A model generated the notes under the pieces. That model searched no databases and was not told where the DNA came from. It worked only from the letters and a program-made list of their open reading frames with translations. The position numbers and the translations under genes are program-made. A stretch of DNA of 64,000 bases, taken from NCBI RefSeq assembly GCF_009914755.1, contig NC_060931.1; one strand, given 5' to 3'. Position 1 is the stretch's first letter, and each line of letters starts with the position of its first letter. Of this stretch, positions 1 through 15,114 are shown in pieces. Source of the DNA: the human T2T-CHM13v2.0 reference genome, Homo sapiens.

Positions 1-34
1 AATGCTCCCTGGCGTTCAGCAGTAAGAAGCTATT

Positions 35-714
<680 letters not shown>

Positions 715-1514
715 CTGTTCTTTATTCTTGGAAGAACTCCTCTGGCCCATGCACTAGCTGTTAAAGTACCAAGCCTCTTTTATCTACCACATCTAAGGAT
801 CATCTCTTCTGTTATACCTTCTCTACCTTTCAACTTTGACTATGATTGCTGGAATGTTACACATAGTGCTGGTTGCATCACACTGTGATGGCTTAATTGA
901 TGCCTCCAGTAGACTGTGAACTTCTCGAGAGCCAGGACCATGTGCCATTGATGTTTGCATTTCTTTATTCCACTCAATATTCTTGTAGTCTCACTATACA
1001 GCTATTTTGTTAATAAGACAAAAGAAATTGGAGTTGTTAGTCTTGAACAGCTCTGGGGACTTTGCTAAGGAACCTTCCTGTTTTTTTCCAGATTTATATT
1101 CTCTTTTAGACATTGCCCTACTCCCTTCCTAAGTAAAAAGCAAGGACTGAGGGAATAAGAATATTTAAGACAGTGTTAATGATGATTACAGCTGAAACCT
1201 GCTTTGATTCTTTACCCACACTGAGATGTTCCAGAGAGGCTTCCTGACTGTCAGCACCACTTGAAGCCTTTCCCATTATATCACTGAAGGCAAATAATTC
1301 ATTGCATTTGGAAGCTAAGCTGTTTAATAACAAAGGATGAGCATAATTTTAGCTAACTTGAGTTCAATCACTTACTTTATTTGCCATATATTTAGGCAGT
1401 CACAGCAGCACTTTCAAAAATATATGCTTGCTTTCTTTCCTTTTCAACATTTCAATTCATGTTACATTGTTTGGAGTTCAATATATATTGATGCTATCCT
1501 TAATATAAATTTAA

Positions 1515-1705
1515 AAAATTATTTTATTGTGGTATGAGCACTTAATGTGAGTTCTACCCTCTTAACAAATTTTTAAACTGTAAAATACAATATTGACTAT
1601 AAGTACAAATGTTGCAAAGCAGATCTCTAGAATTTATTTCAACCTGATTAACTAAAACTTTATGCTCATTTTCTCCCCATTTTCTTCTCCCCCGCTTTCC
1701 CCCAC
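1515..1705 (-). mobile_element. L1MA 3' end fragment
   Basis: ttttattgtggt...cttaatgtgagttctaccctcttaacaaatttt...agcagatctctagaa. Confidence 0.7.
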
Positions 1706-1864
1706 AGCATGCTTTTTTTTTTAATTGTTTGCTTTATGTTTGTGGTTATATTGAAGGGAGATTTTCTTTCAAGAATGCTTTATGCTCTTAAATCCGATTA
1801 TAAATTAATAATTTACATAAAATATTATGTAGTGAGATTCAGAGGTAAAAATATCTGGTGATGA

Positions 1865-2118
1865 CAACAGCTAAGACGACTATTGAACAGTGTTCCAGGT
1901 ACTGTCCTTAGTAATTTGAATGGAGTGCCCTATTTAATCCTCACAACAGCCCTGTGAAGAAGATTGATATTATTCTTCTATTCCCTAGAAGAGAGAAACA
2001 GTGAAGCTTAAACAAGTTAAGTAACTTGCCCACATCACACAGCTGTTAAAGATCAGAACCTGGACTGGGATTCAGGCAGTCTGACTCCAGAGTGCACTCC
2101 CATAATTACTACAGCTGT
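1865..2118 (-). mobile_element. MIR SINE
   Basis: tttaatcctcacaacagccctgtga...gttaagtaacttgccca...ggcagtctgactccagag. Confidence 0.85.
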
Positions 2119-4019
2119 GGATAACATAATTTAGAACTAAACAATTTTTATTCTACCTGAAAATCAGAGGTTTGTCTGTCAGAGGAGTCTTAGCAACTTT
2201 TTGAATAGATTGATTCTTCCTTCTTGAAACCATATTCACTACTTCCACAAGTTTTACTTTCATTTCCCCCTATGCTACTGGTAAATTGAGCTGTAAATCC
2301 CTCTTTTCCTCCTTCTTTGGGATAATTTCGTTACTGCTTCATTAGCCAGTGCATCATGAAAGCATCTCAATACAGCCCTTTGCTGATGCTGAGATATAAG
2401 CACTAAGCCACTACTAAATGCATTCCTGTATTTATTCTTTTTGCCACACAAACAATGGGAAACTGTCTAGATAATTCCAGGCAAAAGCCAGAGAAGAGGA
2501 TACACATGTATTTGTTTTATACTGAGGCATAAATGTAGGAACTGTGATAAGGGCAATGCTTATGTAACTAGGCAAGTGCAGATTCAGATGTTTAATCAAT
2601 TAGATTTTATTCACGCACACACACACACACAGTCTCCCAAATCCAAAGGTATGTACTATTTTTACTGATTAATGTTAGTTTTAAATTTTACATTATAGCT
2701 ACTCTGTGTTACAGAAAAATAGTATCTTTTGAAATGCAGTACCTTCAGAAAATGAGTGGGAAAGCTGTAGTTGTTTTTATTAGTTTTATAACTATAATGA
2801 AAAATACTAACTCTGGAGCTGCTAAGGATAATCCTTTTGATGTGAGAGTAAATATTTTTCCATAATGGAATGGCTTTATTGTCAGGATAGATTGGAAATG
2901 TATTGCTTTTTTCTTAAGAAAAGTTATATATTCCTATGCATAATCCTCCTCTCCCAAGGAATATTTTTCCTTTCAACTTTATCCTATTAGAAATTAATAT
3001 TTAGTCCTTATTAAAAATTACTTGTGCTAAAGCAACGATTTTGCTGTTATTAGTCATTTCTACTGTTTGAATGTGGTCCATTTCTGCGATACTATTTTGG
3101 TATGAAGAAAATCTGTAAACAGGAAAGAGTTTGGGTACATAGGGGAAAGGAGAGATACCAAAGCAAGGGTTGAGCAAAAGTGAAAGGGAAGTACTTACAA
3201 CTAAAAAAAAGTTGGCAGCGAAGATAACCTTCTGTCAATTTCCTATATTTTCCCCAAGACCACTAATGGCCGTCTGATAGCCCCATTTGACTCCACAGCA
3301 GGGTGTTTGCTTATTGTGGGGAGCAGACACTTTAAAAGGACTGACTGCATACACGAGGCTGGTCCGTGTTTCTCTTAGATGTGACCTTGCCCTGACAATA
3401 GTCCAGAGACTGATTCTCCATTGGTCAGTGTTATCTATTCTTCCTTCATCTCTGCACACAATGGCCCTCTGCATCTTTCCATGAGGGCATTGCTATTGCC
3501 TTGGGGATCACAGCAGATGCAACTGTACTCGAGCTAGCAGCCTCAAAGAGTTCACAGTTTTTTTTGTTAGCCTACCCAGAGTTTCAGTTTTGGCTTTTCA
3601 GGGTGCTGTCATGGGATACAAACGCATGATGAAGTTGCGTTTTATCTCTGATGCAATGAATTTTCATGGAGACAAACTTGCAGGGTTTTTAAGCTCAGCA
3701 TTATTAGGAAGATGACAGCTTCAGCTGGTATTCTTTCTGTGGTGAGAATAGTCCAGCCACACTCATGTTACCTCAATTTGAACAGGCAAATAGGAGACTG
3801 CTTCTTGGCTTGAAAAGAAGGTTTACAAGATCTAAGAGCTTTTGTTCTAGTTGAGATGACGAAGGTTCTCTGCATCTATGTCCCTGGGGGAGCCCATTTT
3901 TTTCCACATTCCAAGCACTTGGCTGTGTAATCCTGTGCAAAACTTCTCCCAGGCAAGATCTCCATATGTATTATTTGGTTGCTTTCTCTAATTCTCCTCA
4001 AACATCAGCTTAGTATTCA

Positions 4020-4260
4020 CAATAATAGCTACATTTATTGAGCCCTTTCCAAATGCCAGCCACTGTTCTAAAGGTTTTACCTGTTTAGCTCACTCAATCC
4101 TCACAAACTTATGAAGTAGATATCATATTGCCTACATTTTACAGATTCAGGAAACAGAGGCAGAGGGAAGTTAACTAACTTGACCAGGGGCACACAGCTT
4201 GGCAGTGTCAGAGCTGGGAGGGAATTCCAGGGAGTCTGGCTCTAGAATTTATGGTCTTGC
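4020..4260 (-). mobile_element. MIR SINE
   Basis: aatagctacatttattgag...aatcctcacaa...ttttacagat...ggaaacagaggcaga...gtctggctctaga. Confidence 0.85.
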
Positions 4261-5163
4261 TCTCCAGGGATTGAGAGCGCATCCTTTCAGTAACAAGTGG
4301 TTGAGTAAAATGCTATTTTCAGGTCACATTTGTATCCTAACAAGAGTCCCACACAGCTAAGTCTAGGGAAGTGTCCCTGGAACACAGCTATAATTCCTAA
4401 TGGGCCTGAATTTTAAAAAGCTTTCCAGGAATGACCATTCATTTTAAGAACAGTGTGGAAGGAGACTGGAGGGTCCAATGAAGCTGCTGAGTAGTAATCA
4501 GGCTGGTATCTGAGACAAGACTCAGAACTGGTTCTCCAGGGGCATGGCAATATAAGTCTATTGTGAAATGTGGCTTTTTAATGGGTAGCTGGGGACTCCA
4601 TTCAACAGCCTTACCTTAAAACAGCAAGTCCGCATATTGAATGGTTTACTGGTCTTGGCTATTTTAGTTCCCGTGGGTCCTTAGTTCTGTTAGCTCCTGT
4701 CCTTGATTCTTCCATGTCAGGATAAGAAGTTACTGCTTTAACTACAGGCCAGTGTGGTCATTGTGGCCACTGGTTCTTCTGTATCTCTGTGCAGTTCGAA
4801 ATACAATTCTTTCCTAAGAAATAATTTTGCGGTCCTAGGAGAACAGTGTCTGCATGTGACTCTCACAATCCACCCTGAAGTGACCTCTCAGTCATTGACC
4901 ACATGTTGTTGGTTTCTCTAGAACTGACAATTACTTAAAGTCACGTTCCTAGATCACATGTTAAGCCCTGCAAGGTAAAAAATTATGTCTTATTCAATAT
5001 ATTCATTGCTTATTATAGGTGATAGTAAACATGTTATTTTGTTTTGACCGGTTAAAATATACCAGAGTCTCTTTGCAAGACTAACTTTTCTAATATGACT
5101 GTAATATGGATAACGAAATAGTCTAAAGGGTGTCAGTTGACATATGTCTGAGAATCACAGTTT

Positions 5164-5348
5164 ATTTCATATTTATATATTTCTTCTAACAAAATGGGAT
5201 ACATGTGCAGAATATGCAGGTTTGTTACACAAGCATACATGTGCCATGGTGTTTTGCCGCACCTATTGACCCGTTCTCTAAGTTCCCTCCCCTCACCTCT
5301 CCACCCCTCAACAGGCTCTGGTGTGTGCTGTTTGCCTCTCTGTGTCCA
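5164..5348 (-). mobile_element. Heavily 5'-truncated L1PA 3' end with target-site duplication
   Basis: gatacatgtgcagaatatgcaggtttgttacac...gtgccatggtg; flanked by gagaatcacagttt and gagaatcatacagttt. Confidence 0.85.
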
Positions 5349-5650
5349 GAGAATCATACAGTTTTAAAGCTTAGGGTAATTTTGAAATAGAAAAAGAACA
5401 TAATGATTTATAAAATTTGATTTCAAAAATGTTTGAATTTTTGTGCTAAGAAGTAATTACTTTGGTTTATATTTGAATTTACTTTGCTTTATTCATGCTG
5501 GGTGGCCTTTTCTTCCATTAACCAGTGGTTTTATATAATTTTCAGGTCATATTTAGTAGTTTTTCCACCCACATCTCCCTTCTTCCATTGTTATACAAAA
5601 ATATAAGTGGTGTTTTATCACATATTAAAAAATATTGGCCAGATGCTGAT

Positions 5651-6617
<967 letters not shown>

Positions 6618-7810
6618 AGGTGAACATGGGGGTGAGACTGAAGCCTGAGGAATTAAAGGTCATATGACAGGGCTGTTACCTCAAAGAAGAAGGTCACATC
6701 TGTTGCCTGGAATGTGTCTACACTGCTGCTCTTGTCAACTGGCTGCAAAATACACTAGTGGAAAACACTCTGATGTAATTTCTGCCCAGTCAGCTTCATC
6801 CCTCAGTATAATTGTAAATCATCACAGATTTTGAATTCACACCTGAAGACATGCTCTCACATATAGAGGTACACAAACACACCGTCATGCACATTTCAGC
6901 TTGCGTCTATCATGATTCCTGTTGAGAGGGCTTTCATTGTCTGACTCATAATGGTTCAGGATCAACTATCATCAAACGGAAGGATTAACTAGACAGAGAA
7001 TGTTTCTAACAGTTGCTGTTATGGAAATCTCTTTTAAAGTCTTGAGTACATGCTAATCAATAATCTCCACTCATGCATTCCTACTGCTTGGAGTAGCTGT
7101 ACTGGTAAATACTACTGTAGGAGTATCTGCTTGTTAAAATGGAAAAATGTGTCTTTAGAGCTCAGTATTCTTTATTTTACAAACACAACAAAATGTAGTA
7201 ACTTTTTTCCAGCATACAGTAGGCACATTCAAAGTGGTCCAAGATGGCTCTTTTTTCTTTGAAAGGGGCCTGTTCTCAGTAAAGATGAGCAAACATTTGG
7301 AATTTACATGTGGGCAGACATTGGGATAACAACTTTCATCACCAATCATTGGACTTTTGTGAAGTTGACACCAGCTAAGGCTGCTTAAAATAAGTTCTGA
7401 TCATTATATAAGAAGGGAAATGCCTGGCAGACACCATGTAAGTTATAAGTGTCTGTCTTATCTTTACTACACATATTGTAACAAATTCAATATCCTAGTC
7501 TTCATTTGTATGAATGGTTTGTATTGTACATAGTTTAACCAAGTGTTATTTGAGCTGCTTATTAATATTAACTTGTACTTGTCTCTCTGCTTGTTATTGG
7601 TTAAGAAAAAAGGATATGAGGAATTCATTTTATCAATGTAGCTGTGAAGGCCATTAAAAAGACAAACTTAATGTACAGAGCATTTATTCAGATCAAGTAT
7701 TGTTGAAAGCTATACATATACAACATTACAGTCTGTCTGTATTTAGATATTTTATTTCTGGAAAAAATGAAATGTACATAAAAATAAAACACTTAAAGTT
7801 GAGTTTCAAT
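6618..7810 (+). other. NXPH1: NXPH1 3'UTR (end approximate)
   Basis: Repeat-free sequence from the stop codon to ~20 nt past AATAAA, followed by a GT-rich tract. Confidence 0.8.
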
Positions 7811-7830
7811 ATGTACTTGTGTAAGATGGT
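7783..7830 (+). terminator. Polyadenylation signal AATAAA (7783-7788), likely cleavage ~7808, downstream GU-rich element
   Basis: Upstream TGTA (7773), AATAAA, CA at 7807-7808, then tgtacttgtgtaagatggt. Confidence 0.8.
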
Positions 7831-8295
7831 GATTTAAATGGTTCTGACAAGAAGAATGTGCTGGAATACAGTCCTGGCTTTGCATCTCATATCTCTAAAT
7901 TTGTACAGAACTATCTAAACTGCTGTTAGTTGCCCAGTCAAAACAACTTAAGAGTTTCAATCTGAAGCCTGGGGAATTTGTGGCATATAGCATTGCATAC
8001 ATTTTTGGTTTGGTGTCATGCTAGTTATTCAAGAATACCAAAAATCAATGAACATCAGGAGATAATTGAGGTCTCCTAAATTAATTATATATAGTTGAAT
8101 TATTTCCTGACCAGTCTTTATTTAGCAGAAGAACGGAAGTGAAAGCATTCTTTTTGCTTTAGCAGAGTCAAGATGCCTGAAGATTGTGGCTGAATTTTCC
8201 TGATTATACTGTAATGACTCAACTCAACTGAAGAAATTGTGATAACATTGGAGGGCTTCAATGCTCAATTTACCTATAGCAGATTGGATCAACTT

Positions 8296-8344
8296 TATAT
8301 ATATATAGAGAGAGAGAGAGAGCGAGAGAGAGAGAAAGAGAGAG
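8296..8344. repeat. Compound (TA)n(GA)n microsatellite
   Basis: Read directly from the sequence. Confidence 0.95.
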
Positions 8345-8385
8345 CATTGTTTGTTTATGGACATTAACTTTATTTTAAAAAATAA

Positions 8386-8460
8386 TTGCTGTACACAATC
8401 TCAGCAAAATAACCAGATGAATAGTTGCTGTACACAATCTCAGCAAAATAACCAGATGAA
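8386..8460. repeat. Tandem duplication, 39-bp period, 36-bp identical core
   Basis: ttgctgtacacaatctcagcaaaataaccagatgaa at 8386-8421 and 8425-8460. Confidence 0.95.
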
Positions 8461-11060
8461 GAAATATGGGAGGTGACCAATTTTTAAAGCCACGAGTTGG
8501 GAATCGGAATTTGAATTGTTTCAAAGGTTAACAAACTATGTCAAATTAAGAACACAAATTCATTATCATCTTCCCCTTATGGTACTTAGAAATAAGTCTG
8601 TTTTCATACAGAAAATAATGAAAGTACTGCAAGAGAAACAAAACCAGAGTTCTAAAGTGAGAACTCAATGACCGATTTGATTAACGACAGTCAACTGCAA
8701 ATTGAGCACTCATTACTCTGTTAAATGTCCATTTCTTGAAATGCTCCAAAATATCTAGACCATTTATATCAATATAGTTATTAATTAATTAATTTACCAT
8801 GGAATTTAGAAGCTAATGTTAGAACGGCGTCTCTTTGGCACAACAGGCAGTAAGACCTTAATGAGTCCTGGCTGCTGAACATACTTGCCGTAGATAAATC
8901 TTGTCATTCTGGAGTTTACTTATCAAAAGTGATCACTTAGGAATTAGTTGGCTCTTAGCAAACATGAGAGTAAGTAAGAAAGGAAAAAATATATCTTTAA
9001 AGGATCCTTCGATTAGCGGACTATGAGTCTCATTGTATGGTCTGATCTGTCATTTTGTAATACAAAATTCAAAGTAAGATAAAAATGTACTTCAGTCTCC
9101 AACCCTCTATCTTGCATTCTAACCTCCCAATGAAATGTAGCTTATACAGTTTTATAAACACACAGAACACAGCTAACTAACATTCATAGACTGAAATGTT
9201 TTACTGAGATTTTCTTTAGAAGAAAAACAAAATAAGAAGAAAAGATGTAGCAAACTTCCAACAAGCATTTTAATTTTAAAAAATCCAAACCTTCAGGACC
9301 CTTATTCTGGGCCGGTACACATTCATCCCAAACTTCTATATCAACAACACCTCTATCTGTAATAGAGAAAAATTATTATGATATAGAACTTTGATTCAAA
9401 GAAATGTATTTGCACCCATTAAATTCTTCCTTTCTTTGACAAGGAAATGGGTGAAGGAAGATGATCAATGTCAAAGAAAGATCAAAGGCTCAGAGGAAAA
9501 CTATTAGACCAACTTGTTGCTTAAACAAACTGGTTAAGTTTTAACTGTGTTAGAAAATGCTTTTGTTATTTGGAAAATAAACTTTAAGCAACACTAAGAA
9601 AATAACATTCTCTAGAATCTTAAATGTTATTTTACATCTTTGCTGAAGTATAGAAAAAAAAATCTTCCAGGTGGAAGTGGTTAGTATCTGATGCAAACAT
9701 GGGTTTGTCATCTCCTATTGTTCGTTTCAAAAACATTTTAGTAAAATCAACATTATTATAAAGTAATGATTGTTGTAGCTTCTTGCCTCATGGAAGAAAA
9801 ATGATACAAATTACTGGTTTATTTCTTTATAAAACAAAAAAAATGAATTGTCATGTTCTCAGTTGGGCATTTTTGGGTCCATGGCTCTTGAGAGAATTTC
9901 TCTGAATGAGTGGAAGGGGCATACCTGGTAATGTCACACAGTAAAGTTCTGGAAGTGATTACCTTGCAAGTAATTGAGATACTTGTTAAATTTAAAAGTG
10001 TGGACTGGGAATCTTCAAGTTCCTACATTTCAGCAATAAATTGTAAGCCATATTTTTGCACAGAATAGATTAAAAAATCATGAGAAGCCTGAGAAAGTGT
10101 TTTCTTTTCACTTTTTTCCCACTGCTTTATATGTAAGAAGCAGCCTAACGAATAAACAGCTCTTTGGAAAAGCAATGTCCATCTTCACCATCAGCTTTGA
10201 ATGCCCAGTTTTAGCCTGAAAGAAATTCTAATGGCCGTATTTACAAACCATTGGAAGACGTGGTTGATATACCAGTTTTAGAACTTTATTTACCTGTTCA
10301 ACTATCAATCTATTTATTTTACATTTATTTCTTTCATGTTTTTCAAATAAAATGCAAGTTAGTATATCGATTCAAATATTTAAAAATAAACAATTTGCAT
10401 AAAAATTATGACCACTTATCGAATCTCTAGACGATAAAAATTGAGTACAGGCTGAATACAAAAATTGACTATAGGCTGAATCAAATCCTGAAAAACTTAT
10501 TGCAAGGTCAGAGTTTTCTCAGGAGTCCCATGCATATGAAAGAATAATTGCGGGGGTTGGGTACATAAGACAAAAAGTCTAAAATTGCAGTGTATCATTA
10601 AGTTTTATATACAATAATATCAGAAATATTTTACTTAACAAATTTCTAATTTCTGTTTACTAGGATGGGAAAGACAGAAACCTCCTAATAAAAGTTTTAG
10701 TTAGGATTTGCTCCATGAGCAAGGTCTAGAGAAACAGCCTTAAGGTAGGGGAGTACTAGCGCCAAGCAGCTAGCCAGGTGTCCCATGCCTGACCAAAAGT
10801 ACTTTCATAATTCTGCATCAGTGATAACATGCCTTTTATCACTGATGGTTTGCAGGATAACTGTAAAGCTCCCAGATGTGATGGCTGTGGAAGGCCTAGA
10901 GACTTTCTGTTGGTGGCTGGAGTAGCTGTTGCCATCAGAGGCCAGGTGTTGTTGCCCAAAATTCTAGCTACTGAATTAGACATACAACTCTGTTCACATC
11001 CTCACCCAAAAGTCTCTGGCTTTTTATTTCCTGATCTTAGGAGTTCAAAGGGACAGATAG

Positions 11061-11440
<380 letters not shown>

Positions 11441-11699
11441 ATAAGCATTTTTTTTTAAAGAAAAAGTCTACCATTGTTTCCATTACTGCCAAAATTTACC
11501 ATGTCAATTTTCTGAAGTCCAGTTTTATTACCAAAATCAATTTGTTTTGTATTTTATAGCAATTTTTGATAGAAAGCATGGCCAAATGACATTGCCTAAG
11601 CAGTTTAAAAATATTTCATAAACTTTGTAAGAGAGGTAAACAATTGCTATTCTCTTTTATTAACCCCCTTAACCCAAAAGAGAAAGGGGTACAAGTCCA

Positions 11700-11955
11700 T
11701 GATAATAATGGCTAATATTTGTCGAACACATAAGGGTGGGCCATTTACTGTGCTAGGCATTTCTATCTATTCCCTCACTTAAGCATCATGACTCTGTGAG
11801 GAAGGTGCTCTCATGCCGGTGTTACAAGAGGAGACTGATGCTTAGAAACATGAAGTAACCTCCCTGAAGTAGCACAGCTCTTAAGTGATAAATCAGGGAG
11901 TCAAAACCCATCTCTAGACTCCAGAAACTGACTTTTTAAACTGTTACTCCTCTGT
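11700..11955 (-). mobile_element. MIR SINE
   Basis: ataataatggctaatatttg...actgtgctagg...gaggagactga...gaagtaacc...gactccaga. Confidence 0.75.
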
Positions 11956-14570
11956 GTTATTCTATTTTCAAATTGCATTGAAAACACTTCTACCCAAAAT
12001 TGGCACATTTAATGTAAACATAAGCATGGTATCATTACATCGAAAAGAGATGAATAATTCATTTAATTCATTTATTTTTCTTCGGCTTTTTGCTATTTTT
12101 CTTATTTGCTCAGGTCCCCCTCATAATCCTGTGGCGAATTCCAGCCCTGGTAGCTCTCAGGCAGAAACCAGCTATACAATGTAGTTGCCTCTGCCAATAC
12201 ACTGCTGTGGTAGCTAGCATTGTTCCCCAAACTACTTTTTATAAAATCATTTTTGATTTAGGGCCAGAGTTGTTTCTGAGCTTGATACATATGAAAGTTG
12301 CAGGTCAGGGATAAATGGAGCTATAACGTAATTCAGAATTACTCAAGATTCCTTCACAGGAATCTCATTTCAGGGAAATACTACTGCATGCTTAGGAAAC
12401 TTTCAGCAACGTGACTTAAGTTTTCCTCAAAAATGACTTAGATAATTTTAGTGTGGTTTTTTTTCAACTGTATTTAGTTCATATCATAGTGAGTCTTTCT
12501 GCCCTTCTGCTACAGGCTTTGAATTGGGTATTCTCACGGAGTCAAAACAAAAACACATGAGGGTATTTTCTGTAAAAAGCTTAAGTGAGTTGAGGATACT
12601 CGAAAAGGTTGCTCAAATCCTGTCTTCTGATATGTTTCATTTTCCTTGCTTTCAAGGTTTTATTCTTAAACACACACACACACACCAAAAATGGTAACAA
12701 TTTCCTTATTTTACTTTCTCAAGTTTGTTAGAAACCCAGCTCTATACACAAAACAGGAATTGGAATACACTGAATGCTTGTGGCTGCTGTGCCCTGGTAC
12801 TCTATGACAATGACACTTATACTCACTTACTTTTAGTAACTTATTCATGTTTTGCTCATGTATAAAATTAACATTCTTTAAGAGAACCATAAGTGTGAAG
12901 GCAACTTGTACTCCATTATGTTAACAGAATCATGTTCAAATTCTAGTATGTTATAAATAATCTGTGAACTCAATGTATGAACTCTGTTATTAACTGAACC
13001 TGGTCACCTTTTCATTTTTCCCCTAATTTTGGAAAAAAGTGAATTTTATTATTAAAACGACACATGTTCAAGTCTAAACTATTTCACTCTCTATAAATTA
13101 CAAAACACTAGAAGTGTAGTTGAGCTTAAAATGATCTTCGTTTTCTTTGGTTCACAGGATTTTTGTTTGTTTTCATCAGGTATTTGTGAGGTATTACTCT
13201 TGCAGTTACTTTTAGTGGAGACTTTTGCAGTATGTGCCCCCAATCCCCATACACACATTTACCTATTCGTACCATGTGGGCTTCCCCCAACTTAGGCAAC
13301 TACAGCTTCCCACATTCAGGCCTCTGCTGTAGCAGGGCCAAAAAACAAATAAGGACATTGGAAATTCTTGGCAAATTTATTTTGAAAATTTGGCAGAGCT
13401 AATGATCTTGTCATAAAACGTTTTTTTGTTTGTTGCTTTGTTTTCTTTCCACTTGAGTTATGTATATCAAAAGGAATGCCTTGAAGCATGAGGATATAAA
13501 TTCTGCATCATATCTAATAGAGTTTCTTGGAAAAAGTTAAGGTCATGCAGAGCCAGTTCCTCCTCACTCATTCCACCAACTCAAAATAGGTGTTCTGTAT
13601 TCACACTGTGAGGAAAAGGAATTCACTAGTGGAGGCAAGATTATAAATGCTGGGGTGGCCCTGGGAAAGGGCCTTGACCTCTTGGGGCTTCGGGATCTGA
13701 CAGCAGGGGGATACTTCCTCCCGGAATGGAATATGGGGAAACAGCAAGTCTTGCAGCAGAGTTGAGATGGCTGTATGCAGCAGCTAGGCCATTGGGAAAG
13801 GGGTGTCAAAAGTCTCATGAGAGCAGCAGGAAGTTTTCTGTTGTAGCAGAGTGGCATAAACTTGATGGAGCCCAGAGTACCAAAGAGGCCTTGAGATTGG
13901 AACAAGAAGTATGCAGGAGCCATCTACCAGACCTGACTACTGCAGACTAGACAGGATGTGAGTTTCTGGGAGGCCAGTGTGGGCTCATAGTGATTGAGAA
14001 TTGGGTACCAGCTTCTGCCAACACCATGGCATTTTATATGCCCTGTGAAAGTTGTATGCAACCTTTGGAACAGGTTCGAATAATCCCTAGATAGATTGAA
14101 AATGACTTCGATTGGCTGAGATTTTGTGTGTTCTCCATGTGGCAGAATTTGGGTTTAAGACAAAAAGTTAAGCTACAGAAAGGTAAAATTACTTTTTTTA
14201 CAGTTGATTATGTGACTAATTAACATCAACTAGATGTTATTTTATTCATCTGATGAAATTTAGTGGTATATATTTTGGGAAAAGTAGAATGGTAGCACAC
14301 TGTGAAACAGAGGTTTTAATATAGAGACACCTATATTGAAGGACAAGATAGCCTATTAAAATGTAGAGAGGATTTTGCGACCTTTATGATGCTTCCCATC
14401 CAATAGAAATTCAACATTTTAATATTGGCTTACATAATTTTCATAAATAATGGTTTTAGATTCAAAGGACAATTACAGAAGCATGAAGGAGATGGGTCAA
14501 GGGTAAATACGTTTGTAAATCACACCTTCAACATTCTTCCCCCCTTCGCCTTCTGGAATGGAATTTTAAT

Positions 14571-14701
14571 ACTTTGTGGGTAAGTGTAGAACTTAGTTTC
14601 AAACACCGACATACTGAAAGGAACAGAAGATTTTTTACACTTTGTGGATAAGTGTAGAACTCAGTTTCAAACACTGACATACTGAAAGAAACAGAAGTTT
14701 T
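14571..14701. repeat. Two-copy tandem duplication, 68-bp period
   Basis: actttgtgg.taagtgtagaact.agtttcaaacac.gacatactgaaag.aacagaag starts at 14571 and 14639. Confidence 0.93.
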
Positions 14702-15114
14702 AGGAAATCTTACACACCTGTGCTATGGAGATGCATTGCACTGGGAATGGGACTCAACCTAACTCATCAGCTGCACATCTAACACTCTTCTGTTATACCA
14801 AACTATACTTTCTCCACTCTCTCTGAGAGGTCCTACTTGTATAATTGTAACATAATCTTTCTATATTAGGGTCATGGTCTACACATATGTCCCAAATTCC
14901 TCAATTTCCACAGACATAGTAAAATTTCCATTGCCTGGTAAATTTTGTTTTCTTTGGATCACAAGATTTTTGTTTTGTTTTCATCAGGTATTTATGAGGT
15001 TTTCCTCACAAATATACATTGCCATAGTAAATTTCCATGCTTGGGCCTCTGAAATAGGACATGAAGGAGGCTAAGAAGGAGACAGAACTCAGCTATTTGT
15101 GTAATTTTCTATCT

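Noticed and set aside
6670-7645. miRNA seed matches in the 3'UTR (e.g. TGCTGCT 6724-6730, ACTACTG 7111-7117, CAGTATT 7163-7169, ATGTAGC 7636-7642)
   Set aside because: 7-mers are expected by chance in 1.2 kb and cannot be supported without conservation data
8386-8460. 36-bp direct repeats resembling CRISPR repeats in length
   Set aside because: Only two copies, a 3-nt spacer, mammalian DNA and no cas genes
13564-13950. 119-aa and 74-aa overlapping ORFs
   Set aside because: No recognisable domain or splice context; expected by chance in a locally GC-richer, probably LTR-derived block
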